Source of the DNA: Clostridia bacterium
GTDB taxonomy: Bacteria; Bacillota; Clostridia; Christensenellales; CAG-1252
Assembly (NCBI GenBank): GCA_017961365.1
Contig: JAGCXI010000068.1
Location: 1 to 62,164 of the forward strand
DNA: 62,164 nucleotides
Direction: 5' to 3'
Shown here: positions 1-8,549 of the stretch, in pieces
Position numbering within the stretch: the stretch's first letter is position 1
How the letters are laid out: every line of letters begins with the position of its first letter
Notes under the pieces: generated by a model
Told to the model about the DNA's origin: nothing
The model's database searches: none
Seen by the model: only the letters and a program-made list of their open reading frames with translations
Position numbers and translations under genes: made by a program

Positions 1-2
1 CA

Positions 3-185
3 GACGCTTGCAGCGCGTCGCGCGTCCTCTTGAACGGAAAAGAGGCGAAGCCGTCCAAGGAAGTGCGCGAAGGCGACGTCATCGAGATCGTCTATGGCAA
101 GGGCAGTTTGCGCGTGCGTGTGACGAGCGTCGTCGAAGTGACAAAAAAGGAGAGCGCGGCGGAGCTTTACGAAGTTATCGACTAA
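3..185 (+). CDS. S4-domain RNA-binding protein, C-terminal fragment (gene starts upstream of window)
   Basis: Frame is open from the window edge to TAA at 183-185. Translation ...RVLLNGKEAKPSKEVREGDVIEIVYGKGSLRVRVTSVVEV... fits the S4/Hsp15-like pattern. Not in the ORF track because no start codon lies in the window. Confidence 0.45.
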   Translation, partial: DACSASRVLLNGKEAKPSKEVREGDVIEIVYGKGSLRVRVTSVVEVTKKESAAELYEVID

Positions 186-232
186 GTAAAAAGGATCAAA
201 AAGACGGAAATATCCGAGGATTACAAGGAAAA

Positions 233-1369
233 ATGAAAGGCATCGCGATCATCGTTGCGGCAGGGAGCGGCTCCCGCGCCGGCGTAGATAAAATATGGGA
301 AAAGATGGGCGGCGAGACGGTCCTTATGCGGAGCGTTCGGCCCTTTCTTTCTTGCCCTGCCATCGAGGAGATCATCGTCGTTGTGCGCGAGGAGAAAAAG
401 TCCCTTGCGCAAGGGACTTTCAAGGGACTTCCCGTGTCGGTCGTCGTAGGGGGCGAGACGCGTAGCGAAAGCGTGCGGAACGCCCTTCGCTACGCCGTGG
501 AACGCTTTGGGGAAAAGGACGTCATCGTGGCGATACACGACGGCGCAAGACCGTACGTGAAAGAGGATTTGATCACGCGCTGTATGGCGCGCGCGGCGAA
601 AGAGGGGTCTGCCGTCCCTGCCCTGCCCTGCTCGGATTCGCTTCGCAAAATCACGGAAGAGGGGAATAAGGCGGTGGATCGCAGAGAGTACGTTTCCGTT
701 CAGACACCCCAATGCTTCGATCTCGGACGGATCCAAGAGGCATATCGGCGGGTGACGGAGGCTTCCGACGATGCGACGATTTACGAGGCGGCTTTCGGCT
801 CCGTTGCCCTCGAAGAAGGCGATCCGAAAAATAAGAAAATTACCTATTTATCCGATATTTACGAATATTTTTCTCGGCGCGTCGGCGTCGGCTTTGACGT
901 GCACGAATTGCGCGAGGGACGGCGGCTTGTCCTCGGCGGCGTGACGATCCCTCACGAGAAAGGACTTTACGGACACAGCGACGCGGACGTTTTGACCCAT
1001 GCGGTCATGGATGCGCTCCTCACCGCGGCGGATCTTCCCGATATCGGGCATTTCTTCCCGCCCGAGGATCCGAAATACGAGGGGGCGGATAGTTTGACAC
1101 TTCTTGCGGAGGTGCTCCGCGCCATTCGGACAAAAGGGTATGACGTCGAGAACATTTCGGCGACGATCATGGCAGAGAAGCCCAAGCTTGCGCCTTACCT
1201 CCCCGAGATGGAGGAGAAAATCGCAGGGGCGATCGGCAAGCCGAAGGAACGCGTCCGTTTTGCGGCCACGACGACGGAGAAGCTCGGGATCATAGGCGAA
1301 GAGAAAGGAATGGCTGCGGATGCGGTGGCGCTTCTCGTCCGTTCGGATGAGCTTGCGACGGAAGGTTGA
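233..1369 (+). CDS. ispDF: Bifunctional 2-C-methyl-D-erythritol 4-phosphate cytidylyltransferase / 2-C-methyl-D-erythritol 2,4-cyclodiphosphate synthase (IspDF)
   Basis: ORF track 8..1369 starts at TTG. The ATG at 233 gives MKGIAIIVAAGSGSRAG (IspD nucleotide-binding motif). The C-terminal half has GFDVHEL...GHSDADVLTHAVMDA (IspF metal-binding motifs). Confidence 0.9.
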   Translation: MKGIAIIVAAGSGSRAGVDKIWEKMGGETVLMRSVRPFLSCPAIEEIIVVVREEKKSLAQGTFKGLPVSVVVGGETRSESVRNALRYAVERFGEKDVIVAIHDGARPYVKEDLITRCMARAAKEGSAVPALPCSDSLRKITEEGNKAVDRREYVSVQTPQCFDLGRIQEAYRRVTEASDDATIYEAAFGSVALEEGDPKNKKITYLSDIYEYFSRRVGVGFDVHELREGRRLVLGGVTIPHEKGLYGHSDADVLTHAVMDALLTAADLPDIGHFFPPEDPKYEGADSLTLLAEVLRAIRTKGYDVENISATIMAEKPKLAPYLPEMEEKIAGAIGKPKERVRFAATTTEKLGIIGEEKGMAADAVALLVRSDELATEG

Positions 1370-1413
1370 CAACGCACGGGCGCGTGTGATACCTTGTAAG
1401 AAAGGAAAAGACG

Positions 1414-1854
1414 ATGGAGATCAAGACCGAGAAGCTTAAAATCAAAAAAGACGAGGGCGCGGCGCGCGTTTTGCGAAAATGGGCGGAAGCGCTGGTTTTT
1501 GCGACGCAGCATAGTGACGCGGCGAAAGCGGAAGTCTTGTACGGCTTGCCCGGCGTCTTCTCGATGTCGCTCCAAGCAGGTGGCAAAAGCCTGCGCCTGA
1601 TCAAAGAGGGCGATAGCTTTCGAATTCTGAAATCTTCCGAAATATCCGACGTTTTGCTGTCGATAAGACTGGAAGATCGCGGCGCGGAAGAGGATATCAT
1701 TGAGGGAAGGGCGTCGCTCGCGAAGCTTTTTTCCGAAGGGCGTGTGACCTATCGCGGATCGGGGAAATCGTTTAATTGCGTAATGCGGATCGACTGCGTC
1801 TCGGACAAGCTGAGGCTTTCCGAGCGCAAAAGAAAGGATCTTTACGGATCTTGA
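1414..1854 (+). CDS. Hypothetical protein (possibly SCP2-like fold)
   Basis: 146-aa ORF filling the ispDF-adh gap. C-terminal ...ASLAKLFSEGRVTYRGSGK... loosely resembles SCP2 sterol-carrier-like domains. No strong motif. Confidence 0.45.
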   Translation: MEIKTEKLKIKKDEGAARVLRKWAEALVFATQHSDAAKAEVLYGLPGVFSMSLQAGGKSLRLIKEGDSFRILKSSEISDVLLSIRLEDRGAEEDIIEGRASLAKLFSEGRVTYRGSGKSFNCVMRIDCVSDKLRLSERKRKDLYGS

Positions 1855-1862
1855 GGTGGAAT

Positions 1863-3023
1863 ATGCGGAAATATTTCGAATTTTATAATCCTACGAAGAT
1901 AAATTGCGGAAAAGATGCCTTGCGCACGATCGGTGCGGAGTTGGATTATTTCGGCGCAAATGCGCCGATGGTTCTCGCGTCGACGAACGCAACGAGGATG
2001 GGCTCGCTTGAAAAGGTTCTTGCGGCATTAAAGGGAAGCAAAATTTCGGTGGGCGTGGCGTATAACGCGATGCCGAGTTGCCTGGACCTCGATCTGTTGC
2101 GCGCGCTGAAGGCGAAATATGCCGAAGGCAGATGCGACAGTATCATCGCGATCGGCGGCGAAAGCACGATGGACAGCGCAAAGGCGTTGAAGCTCTTTCT
2201 TTCGGAAAATTGCGACGATTTTCTTCCGTTGGCGGGCGTCGCAAGGCAAACAATCCGCGAGATTCCGCTCATCACCGTGCCGACGGAGTGCGGCTCCGGG
2301 CATGAGGCGAGCGGCTTTATCGAGGTGGAAGAGAATTTCATTTCCAACCCGAGCATTATTCCCAACGTTGTCGTGATCGACAGTGAGGTGGCGGCGATCG
2401 CGCCCGCGCGCGTGACTGCGGCGGGCGGCATCTATATTCTTGCGAACGCCATCGAGGCATATCTTGCCGCCGAGGACATCTCCATTATAGAAGTTTTTGC
2501 GCAAAAGGCGGTCAAGCTTGTTTTCGAGCATCTTGAGCGGGTCGTGGGCGGCGAGGAGTCTGAAGATGACTGTGTCGGGCTCTCCCTTGCGTCTGTTTTT
2601 GGCGGAATTTCCTATGGAAACGCCCCGTATGGCGCGGCGCATGCCCTTGCAGAGGCGCTTGCGGATGCCACGAAAGAGCCGATCGAGGAAATGGTTTCCG
2701 CCGTGCTTGTCGCGACGTTAAAAAAGCTTTCCGAGGAAAAGAAAGAAAAGCTTGCAGAGCTGCTTCCTTGTATGTGCTCCGCGGAAAAACTTGCGGAGAT
2801 TCCGCACTCCGAGTGGATCACAAGGACGATCGCCGATATCGAAGACCTGCTTGTGCGTTTGCACGATAAAGCGGGAGTTCCTGCCAAGATCAGCGACACC
2901 AAGGTGCAGCGCGAGATCTTCGGGAGTGTGGCGGACACCGCGCAGAGCAAGCGCGCCGCGCTGACGGATATGCGCCCGATCGGACAAGAAGAGTTCTTAA
3001 AAATATTGGCTGAAGCGTATTGA
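1863..3023 (+). CDS. Iron-containing (group III) alcohol dehydrogenase family protein
   Basis: ATG at 1863 follows TGAGGTGGA. Translation MRKYFEFYNPTKINCG..., IAIGGESTMDSAKAL (GGGS-type motif), and the conserved downstream layout of Fe-ADH. Confidence 0.8.
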   Translation: MRKYFEFYNPTKINCGKDALRTIGAELDYFGANAPMVLASTNATRMGSLEKVLAALKGSKISVGVAYNAMPSCLDLDLLRALKAKYAEGRCDSIIAIGGESTMDSAKALKLFLSENCDDFLPLAGVARQTIREIPLITVPTECGSGHEASGFIEVEENFISNPSIIPNVVVIDSEVAAIAPARVTAAGGIYILANAIEAYLAAEDISIIEVFAQKAVKLVFEHLERVVGGEESEDDCVGLSLASVFGGISYGNAPYGAAHALAEALADATKEPIEEMVSAVLVATLKKLSEEKKEKLAELLPCMCSAEKLAEIPHSEWITRTIADIEDLLVRLHDKAGVPAKISDTKVQREIFGSVADTAQSKRAALTDMRPIGQEEFLKILAEAY

Positions 3024-3024
3024 T

Positions 3025-3255
3025 GTTCCACGTGGAACGTCTGCAGGTTTGACAAAAGCGAGAGGGGGGTGCGCGTTGTCGCCCCCCCTCTTTTTTTTTG
3101 TTCGAGGCGGTTTGCAAACCTTTCGTGCTCATCCGTCCGCCTCCTCCGAGGTTTTGTGCGTTTGCCGCAGGCGGCAGGTAACTCGCACTGTTCCACGTGG
3201 AACGTGCGGCATGCGCCGTTTTTTTTCTTTGATTGCTCCTTGTTCCACGTGGAAC
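3025..3255. repeat. Three copies of the perfect 14-bp palindrome GTTCCACGTGGAAC (3025-3038, 3190-3203, 3242-3255)
   Basis: Read directly from the sequence. Copy 3 extends to the 16-bp palindrome TGTTCCACGTGGAACA. Partial sites are CCACGTG at 3308-3314 and GTTCCAC at 3433-3439. Confidence 0.95.
3061..3099 (+). terminator. Rho-independent terminator downstream of the alcohol dehydrogenase gene
   Basis: GAGGGGGG...CCCCCCTC stem followed by a T9 run. Confidence 0.8.
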
Positions 3256-3609
3256 ACGCCCATGATCTTTGCTTGTCTTTTGTTTTGCGCCCTCATCCCG
3301 GCAAGCGCCACGTGTTTGGATGTGGGTAACAGAGGTTGCTTTTGCCGTTTTGAGCTAAACTATGCGCAAAATGACAAATTTAAGACGTTTTCAGGGCGGT
3401 TATGCACCGATCTGTCCACAATTTGTGAAAAAGTTCCACTTGTTTAACTTTTAGACAAATACAATAGGCGCCGTCCCTTTTGCCCTGCTATGAGCTTTTG
3501 CAAAGAGGGATTGTGGGAGAGGGCTCTTTTGTTTTTTGCGTTTTATCGTGTGTTTCTTCATATGTCGATGCCTTTCTCCAAAATCGGCGAAACTTTTCGG
3601 ACGCATTGC

Positions 3610-3639
3610 TTGACACTCTTACGCGCGCCTGCGTATAAT
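3610..3639 (+). promoter_or_regulatory. Sigma-70-type promoter of the stand-alone tRNA-fMet gene
   Basis: TTGACA (3610-3615), 18-nt spacer, TATAAT (3634-3639). The tRNA starts ~12 nt downstream. Confidence 0.7.
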
Positions 3640-3650
3640 AATATTGATAT

Positions 3651-3728
3651 CGCGGGGTGGAGCAGCTTGGTAGCTCGTCGGGCCCATAACCCGAAGGTCG
3701 TATGGTTCAAATCCTGCCCCCGCAACCA
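3651..3728 (+). tRNA. Initiator tRNA-fMet (CAT), variant copy with C33
   Basis: CGCGGGG 5-prime end (C1 opposite A72), GGG/CCC anticodon stem, CAT anticodon, encoded CCA. The anticodon loop reads CCCATAA (C at position 33). 78 nt because the T-stem needs a bulge (GTATGG vs CCTGC). Confidence 0.85.
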
Positions 3729-3734
3729 TTCATC

Positions 3735-3761
3735 AGGCTCGCCGTAAGGCGAGTCTTTTTC
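3735..3761 (+). terminator. Terminator after the stand-alone tRNA-fMet
   Basis: AGGCTCGCC-GTAA-GGCGAGTCT followed by TTTTT. Confidence 0.75.
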
Positions 3762-3995
3762 TATGTAAAACGGCAGGGGTTGAACGAGAGCGTCAAGAAA
3801 TCGACAGTCGACCTCTGTCGATTTTAGCGGCTGATCGAGGCAATGCGAAAAGCACTGAGCGCGCAAAAACGATATCGATACGTAGCGCGTGGCGTTTCTT
3901 CGCCTTGCAAGGCGTGATTTGGGGGCATTTCTTTTTGCGGAAAAAGCGGTTGTATGTTATAATAATATTATCAGGTTACGCAAGAGGAGGCGCGC

Positions 3996-4514
3996 ATGGC
4001 GAATTCTATGGACGGTTGGGTCGTTTATTTTGATATGGACGGGGTGCTTGCCGATTTCGACAGGGGCGTCGTGGAGCTTTGTCACCTTCCTTCTCAAGTC
4101 CAAGACTCGGTTTCCGCCGAAGAGGAAGAGACGATGTGGGGGCGCATCCGCGCTTTGGATCGCTTTTATTATAAGCTTGAGCCCATCCGCGGCTCGGTGG
4201 AGCTTTTCTTGAAAACATACGGAAAACTCGGGAGAAATTGTCAGATACTCACCGGGATTCCGAAGCCCAAGCGCGGCGTCCTTACCGCCGGAGAGGACAA
4301 GCGGGACTGGGCATATAAGTATCTCGGAAAGGACGTCATCGTCAATATCGTGTATAAGGAAGAGAAGCCGAACTTCTGCCTTCATTCGAAATGTGTCTTG
4401 ATCGATGATTTTGCGGCGAACATTCGTCAATGGGAGGCAACGGGCGGGATCGGCATATTATTCGAGAGCGCGGAATCTGCGACGAAAAGGCTGAAAGAGC
4501 TGGGCGTTTTGTGA
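3996..4514 (+). CDS. 5-prime(3-prime)-deoxyribonucleotidase-like HAD-superfamily phosphatase
   Basis: AGAGGAGG RBS. N-terminal VYFDMDGVLADF (HAD motif I, DxDGV). Size 172 aa is typical of the NT5C family. Confidence 0.65.
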   Translation: MANSMDGWVVYFDMDGVLADFDRGVVELCHLPSQVQDSVSAEEEETMWGRIRALDRFYYKLEPIRGSVELFLKTYGKLGRNCQILTGIPKPKRGVLTAGEDKRDWAYKYLGKDVIVNIVYKEEKPNFCLHSKCVLIDDFAANIRQWEATGGIGILFESAESATKRLKELGVL

Positions 4515-4608
4515 GGGACGAAAATCCATCTTTCGGGGCAGGGGAGCGCGGCGACTCTCGCTGAGGAAGCGGAAAAGCAGACTTTTCTTATAAAACGCAA
4601 AAAAAACA

Positions 4609-4637
4609 TTGACAAACGAACGCCCGCTTGATAGAAT
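4609..4637 (+). promoter_or_regulatory. Sigma-70-type promoter of the tRNA fMet-Met-Glu cluster
   Basis: TTGACA (4609-4614), 17-nt spacer, TAGAAT (4632-4637). Confidence 0.7.
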
Positions 4638-4652
4638 AAATAAGCATTTCGT

Positions 4653-4730
<78 letters not shown>

Positions 4731-4736
4731 TTTTGT

Positions 4737-4813
4737 GGCGGCGTAGCTTAGTTGGTTAGAGCGGCCGGTTCATACCCGGCAGGTCGTTGGTTCGAATCTG
4801 ACCGCCGCTACCA
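4737..4813 (+). tRNA. Elongator tRNA-Met (CAT)
   Basis: GGCGGCG acceptor, anticodon loop TTCATAC, ...CGCCGCTACCA 3-prime end. Resembles Firmicutes elongator Met rather than the lysidine Ile2 tRNA. Confidence 0.8.
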
Positions 4814-4819
4814 TATAAT

Positions 4820-4894
4820 GGCCCCTTGGTCAAGCGGTTAAGACATCGCCCTTTCACGGCGGTTACATGGGTTCGAATCCCGTAGGGGTCACCA
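4820..4894 (+). tRNA. tRNA-Glu (TTC)
   Basis: GGCCCCTTGGTCAAGCGGTTAAGACA...CTTTCAC...GGTTCGAATCCCGTAGGGGTCACCA. Close to Bacillus-type tRNA-Glu. Confidence 0.9.
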
Positions 4895-5067
4895 GAGGCG
4901 AAGACGGTTTGTGTGATAAGCACAGACCGTTTTTCTTCATGTTCGCTTGAAAGGGATTCGAATAGGGAGCCGCGAGGAACGAGCGCTTTGCCCTGCAAAG
5001 CGAAAAGGCTATGATGCCTTTTCGGCGGGTAGGCCCGCACAGGCGGGGAATCCCGTAGGGGTCACCA
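4886..5067 (+). repeat. Repeat unit A: begins with the tRNA-Glu 3-prime end and ends with an exact 20-bp second copy of that end (5048-5067 = 4875-4894)
   Basis: Direct comparison with 9509-9688 shows the same order of segments with scattered substitutions. GAATCCCGTAGGGGTCACCA occurs twice. Confidence 0.85.
4903..4936 (+). terminator. Terminator of the tRNA cluster (lies inside repeat unit A)
   Basis: GACGGTTTGTG-TGATAAG-CACAGACCGT followed by TTTTT. Confidence 0.7.
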
Positions 5068-5144
5068 TTCGGGATTTTGACGCGCCCATAAAGCGAGTCA
5101 AAATCCGTTTTGTATTCACTCGGAATTTTGGTGTTTGAAATTCT

Positions 5145-5558
5145 TTATTCTTGCTCGGGCGAAAGATTTCTAACTGTTTTCTCCGCAAAAGCGCGTGCGT
5201 CAGGCTCCTTATCCTTTACGCGGAGCATCTGCGCGTAAAAATACTCGTCATCTACGGGGATACCCTTCCCTTGGAAGATTTTTTTCAGACCTTTAACCGT
5301 CCGATGCGACCAACACGCCGTGGTAAAAAGTACAACCTTCCCGATTGACTCCTTGGTCAAGGCTTCCGCATAGGCTCTCAGTTCGGGCGCCATCACGTTA
5401 GCATAGGGCGCGCCGCCCAAAAACAGGACGTCGCAACTGCCCTGCGGCGCTTTTTCATCCAAAAGGGAAACGGCGGTCACGCCCGCCCCTTCCGCTATTG
5501 CGCGCGCTATCCTTTCGGTCCTGCCGAACTTTGAAAAATATCTGACTTTGATTTCCAT
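5145..5558 (-). CDS. Flavodoxin-like protein
   Basis: 137 aa. MEIKVRYFSKFGRTERIARAIAEG... has flavodoxin-fold N-terminal topology. Last gene of the minus-strand redox operon. Confidence 0.6.
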   Translation of the reverse strand: MEIKVRYFSKFGRTERIARAIAEGAGVTAVSLLDEKAPQGSCDVLFLGGAPYANVMAPELRAYAEALTKESIGKVVLFTTACWSHRTVKGLKKIFQGKGIPVDDEYFYAQMLRVKDKEPDARAFAEKTVRNLSPEQE

Positions 5559-5585
5559 ACGATTTCCTCCTTTTTGACATCTGTT

Positions 5586-6398
5586 TTACGACAAAGCGTA
5601 AGACGCAACGTAAAAAACGTCTTCCGGGACGGCAAGAGCGGGATCTTCTTGCAGGAAAATCACGGACAAGCCTTCTTCCTCCGCTCCAAGCGCAAAATGG
5701 CAGAGAGCTATGCCCATATCGATCCGCTGGATGTCCCAGCCGTCCGCAGCGACAAACCTTTTGTCGCTCTTTTGATAAAAATGGACCCTGTCCCCTTGTA
5801 CGACGATGCGCCACGGCTGTCTGTTCACCGCAGAGGGCGCAAGGCGCACCATTTCCAAGGGCAAGCGTAGCTTACCCGCCTTTTTCGGCGAGAGGGGAGT
5901 GTTGAAATCGCCGTCAAAGCAGATTTCCTTAAACTCCTTGCGGGTGTTAGCTTTGATGCCCTTACGCATCATCAATTCACGGAAGGACATCTTTTTTGCG
6001 GGGTAGCCAAGCGGGCTTACGCATGGCAAAACCTCGTCCGCGGCGACCGCCATCGCGTTTTCAAATGCGGAGCGGTTCATCGTGCCTGCTATCCAGGTGG
6101 TGCCCACTCCCATTTCCTCGGCAAAAAGCACCGCCTTTTCAAAGGAATACCCAAAGGCTTCCGCCGCGTGCCGGACGCGTTTTGCCTTCCCTGCAATCCA
6201 CAGGTTTGTCCCCACAATCACGGGGGAACGCAATCCATCCCTTTCCGCGTCGAGAAGCTTCCATTCGATGGGGATGCCGTACGGGTTTGCCGCACTCTCG
6301 GCAAACTCCAAAATCCTGTCCGCTTGCGCCAAGGGAAGCGCCTTGCCGTCAAAGGTTCTGACGCTGCGTCTTTTGCGAATGATATCCGATTTTTTCAT
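5586..6398 (-). CDS. Nitroreductase family protein
   Basis: MKKSDIIRKRRSVRTFDGKALP (the classic nitroreductase N-terminal RRSxRxF motif). 270 aa. Confidence 0.75.
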   Translation of the reverse strand: MKKSDIIRKRRSVRTFDGKALPLAQADRILEFAESAANPYGIPIEWKLLDAERDGLRSPVIVGTNLWIAGKAKRVRHAAEAFGYSFEKAVLFAEEMGVGTTWIAGTMNRSAFENAMAVAADEVLPCVSPLGYPAKKMSFRELMMRKGIKANTRKEFKEICFDGDFNTPLSPKKAGKLRLPLEMVRLAPSAVNRQPWRIVVQGDRVHFYQKSDKRFVAADGWDIQRIDMGIALCHFALGAEEEGLSVIFLQEDPALAVPEDVFYVASYALS

Positions 6399-6429
6399 AG
6401 AAATAACTCCTTAAAATTTTTGCAAAGGG

Positions 6430-7602
6430 TTACCCCTCCGCGCGATTGCCGCCTCGCGGGTCGGAGGCTTTCTCCTCCGCTATACGGCGCATTATTTCCT
6501 CCACCTGCGCTTTTTTTTCAAACAGGACGCACCCACCTGCGTGATCCTCCTCCAAAAGACGTCCGTCGCGTAACGCCGCAAACAGCCCGGAGTTAATCGC
6601 CGCTTCGAGGGAAGTGTCCTTTACGTTTATGTCGGAGTAAGCCGAAAAGGGGCACGGCTCGGCGCCGCCGTGCGAATTGATGTGGAAAAACCCACGTCCT
6701 GCGGCAAGGCACCCGCCCGAACTTTTTTCATCCCCGGGGAAGGAGATAAACATCATCTCCTGCTTTGTTTTGCGCAAGCGATCAAGTTCCTTTTGCATAA
6801 ACGCCCTGTCGGCGTCGTCCGGCGCCAACTTTTTGCCCTCCTCCGTCACGGGCACGAATTCGATGTAAAAAACAGCCTTGCACCCGCTCTTTTCAAGCGA
6901 ATTCAAAAACTCGTCCGATACAGACTGCTTGAGGTTCTCCTTGGTCACCGTGACCGAAACGCCGTAAATCAGCCCGCGGGAATGCAACTTATCCATATTG
7001 TCCACAAGCTTTTCGTACACCCCCGCGCCGCGCCGCGCGTCGGTCTCCGCCTTGCCCCCCTCGATGCTCATCACGGGCACAAGGTTGCGACAGCGGTCAA
7101 AAAGGTCAAAGTCCTTTTCATCCATAAAGGTCCCGTTTGTAAAGATGGGGAACAGAATGCTTTGCAATGACCCCGCCGCTACCATCACTCCTCTGCGGAG
7201 CATGGGTTCGCCGCCTGCCAAAAGGATGAAACTGACGCCGAGAGACTGCGCTTCCTTGAAGATTTTGAGCCATTCCTCGTCGGTAAGTTGTGCCACAGGC
7301 TTGCAATCAACCGTGGCGTGGTTTGAACGCGAGTAACACCCCGCGCAATGCAGGTTGCAAGAAGACGTTATGCTTGCTATCAAAAAGGGCGGCACGTCGA
7401 GCCCTTCCTTTTTCTTCTTGCGACGAAGACGCGTTGCCTTCCTGCTTGCCAAGGCAAATTTTGCCATAAAAGCGCTCTCGCGCGGGTCGCGGAAGGTGGC
7501 GCGGATCGCCTCTTTGACGATTTCCTCCACCCCCTTTGCCATATATTCCTGTACGTCAAAATTTTTGCTCACGGCTACCCCTCCTTTATCGATCGTCGCC
7601 AT
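6430..7602 (-). CDS. Radical SAM protein (function unknown)
   Basis: CNLHCAGCY (CxxxCxxC) cluster motif and a C-terminal Cys-rich segment GGCLAAGRGFFHINSHGGAEPCPF. The ATG at 7602 is preceded by GAGGAG. The ORF-track start at 7617 is TTG. Confidence 0.75.
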   Translation of the reverse strand: MATIDKGGVAVSKNFDVQEYMAKGVEEIVKEAIRATFRDPRESAFMAKFALASRKATRLRRKKKKEGLDVPPFLIASITSSCNLHCAGCYSRSNHATVDCKPVAQLTDEEWLKIFKEAQSLGVSFILLAGGEPMLRRGVMVAAGSLQSILFPIFTNGTFMDEKDFDLFDRCRNLVPVMSIEGGKAETDARRGAGVYEKLVDNMDKLHSRGLIYGVSVTVTKENLKQSVSDEFLNSLEKSGCKAVFYIEFVPVTEEGKKLAPDDADRAFMQKELDRLRKTKQEMMFISFPGDEKSSGGCLAAGRGFFHINSHGGAEPCPFSAYSDINVKDTSLEAAINSGLFAALRDGRLLEEDHAGGCVLFEKKAQVEEIMRRIAEEKASDPRGGNRAEG

Positions 7603-7945
7603 CGTACTCCTCGCCAAGCGCCCAATGCGCCAAGCGATGCAAGATGGGCCAAAGTTCCCTCCCCTTATCCGTCAGGGAGTATTCCACGCGCGGCGGGATC
7701 TCCTTGTACTGCTTCCGCAGGACGATACCCGCCCCCTCCAGTTGTTTAAGGGCGGAAGAAAGCGCGGCGTTGGTGATGCCTTTCGTCTTTTTCAAGAGAT
7801 CGTTGTATCGCGCGGTGCCGTCCACGTAAAGGGTGCAAATCAGGCGTATCTTCCACTTGCCGCCCACTATGGAAAGGGCAATCCCCAAGGGGCAATCCCC
7901 CTCGCAAGGGCACATCGCTTGCTTTGTGCGTTCTTTAGTTTTCAT
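7586..7945 (-). CDS. HxlR-family winged-helix transcriptional regulator with a Cys-rich N-terminal extension
   Basis: ATG at 7945 after GGAGGAAGC. CPLGIALSIVGGKWKIRLI...RYNDL...ITNAALSSALKQLEGAGIV..K.Y.EIPPRVEYSLT is the HxlR signature. The N-terminus carries CPCEGDCP. The stop overlaps the radical SAM start by 17 nt. Confidence 0.8.
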   Translation of the reverse strand: MKTKERTKQAMCPCEGDCPLGIALSIVGGKWKIRLICTLYVDGTARYNDLLKKTKGITNAALSSALKQLEGAGIVLRKQYKEIPPRVEYSLTDKGRELWPILHRLAHWALGEEYDGDDR

Positions 7946-8193
7946 ATGCTTCCTCCGTGTGAAACGTGTGGTTTCTGCCCGAATTATATTATACACGATA
8001 TTTTTTTTATTGTAAATATACTTTTTATATTTTCCATACCGCTTAATGAAAACCAAGGCAAGGAGGACGGCAATTTAAAAGAATCACGACCTACTTGAAA
8101 TAACGAAATTATGTAGTTGCTTTTTCGGAAGTAATATAGCAACGTAATATTAAATGACGGCGCTATTAGACCTGTGAGACGGTCACCACTTGG

Positions 8194-8226
8194 GACTCAA
8201 CTGAACCATTCAGTTGAGTCTTTTTC
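8194..8226 (+). terminator. Orphan plus-strand intrinsic terminator in an AT-rich spacer
   Basis: 12-bp perfect stem GACTCAACTGAA/TTCAGTTGAGTC followed by TTTTT. No plus-strand ORF lies upstream. Confidence 0.55.
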
Positions 8227-8549
8227 TATAAAAATCCCTAAACTTCCGCATTTTTCCTTCCCATCACTCCGTTCTCCTCTGACTTTTTGAAAAAAAACTA
8301 ACAAACTTTTGCAATACGGTTTTTGCTAAAAATAATCCGAAATATCCGAATTTTTTACCGTTTTGTCCGTGTTGTCGTAGCGTATACTTTTATTGTTTTG
8401 AGCTTCCCGTTTCAGTATAAGACCATTTGCAACCGAAAACCGGTTGGCACGAATTTTGTTATTCCGTAAGCGGGCGTGGCATAATGAAATCGAAAGGTTG
8501 AAGAAATAAGCGTTTCTTCGATCTTTTATGTTTTGAGGAGGAGGACGCT

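Noticed and set aside
8-232. N-terminal extension of ispDF from the ORF-track start (TTG at 8). Similar upstream extensions occur for adh (1776), lysS (22603), glmM (26855), TetR (25251), MBL (32677), 16604, 18255, 39492 and 12913.
   Set aside because: The extensions are Arg-rich, lack RBSs, and overlap upstream genes or terminators. Internal ATGs with Shine-Dalgarno sequences give canonical N-termini.
4756-5040. 94-aa minus-strand ORF across the tRNA cluster, and 63-aa ORF 4947..5138
   Set aside because: They are translations of tRNA genes and the tRNA-derived repeat, not coding sequence.
8181-8188. Additional GGTCACCA copy as a third att remnant of tRNA-Glu
   Set aside because: Only 8 nt match. 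One or two such matches are expected by chance in 62 kb. Mentioned in the tRNA-Glu finding only because of its position before a terminator at a GC/AT transition.
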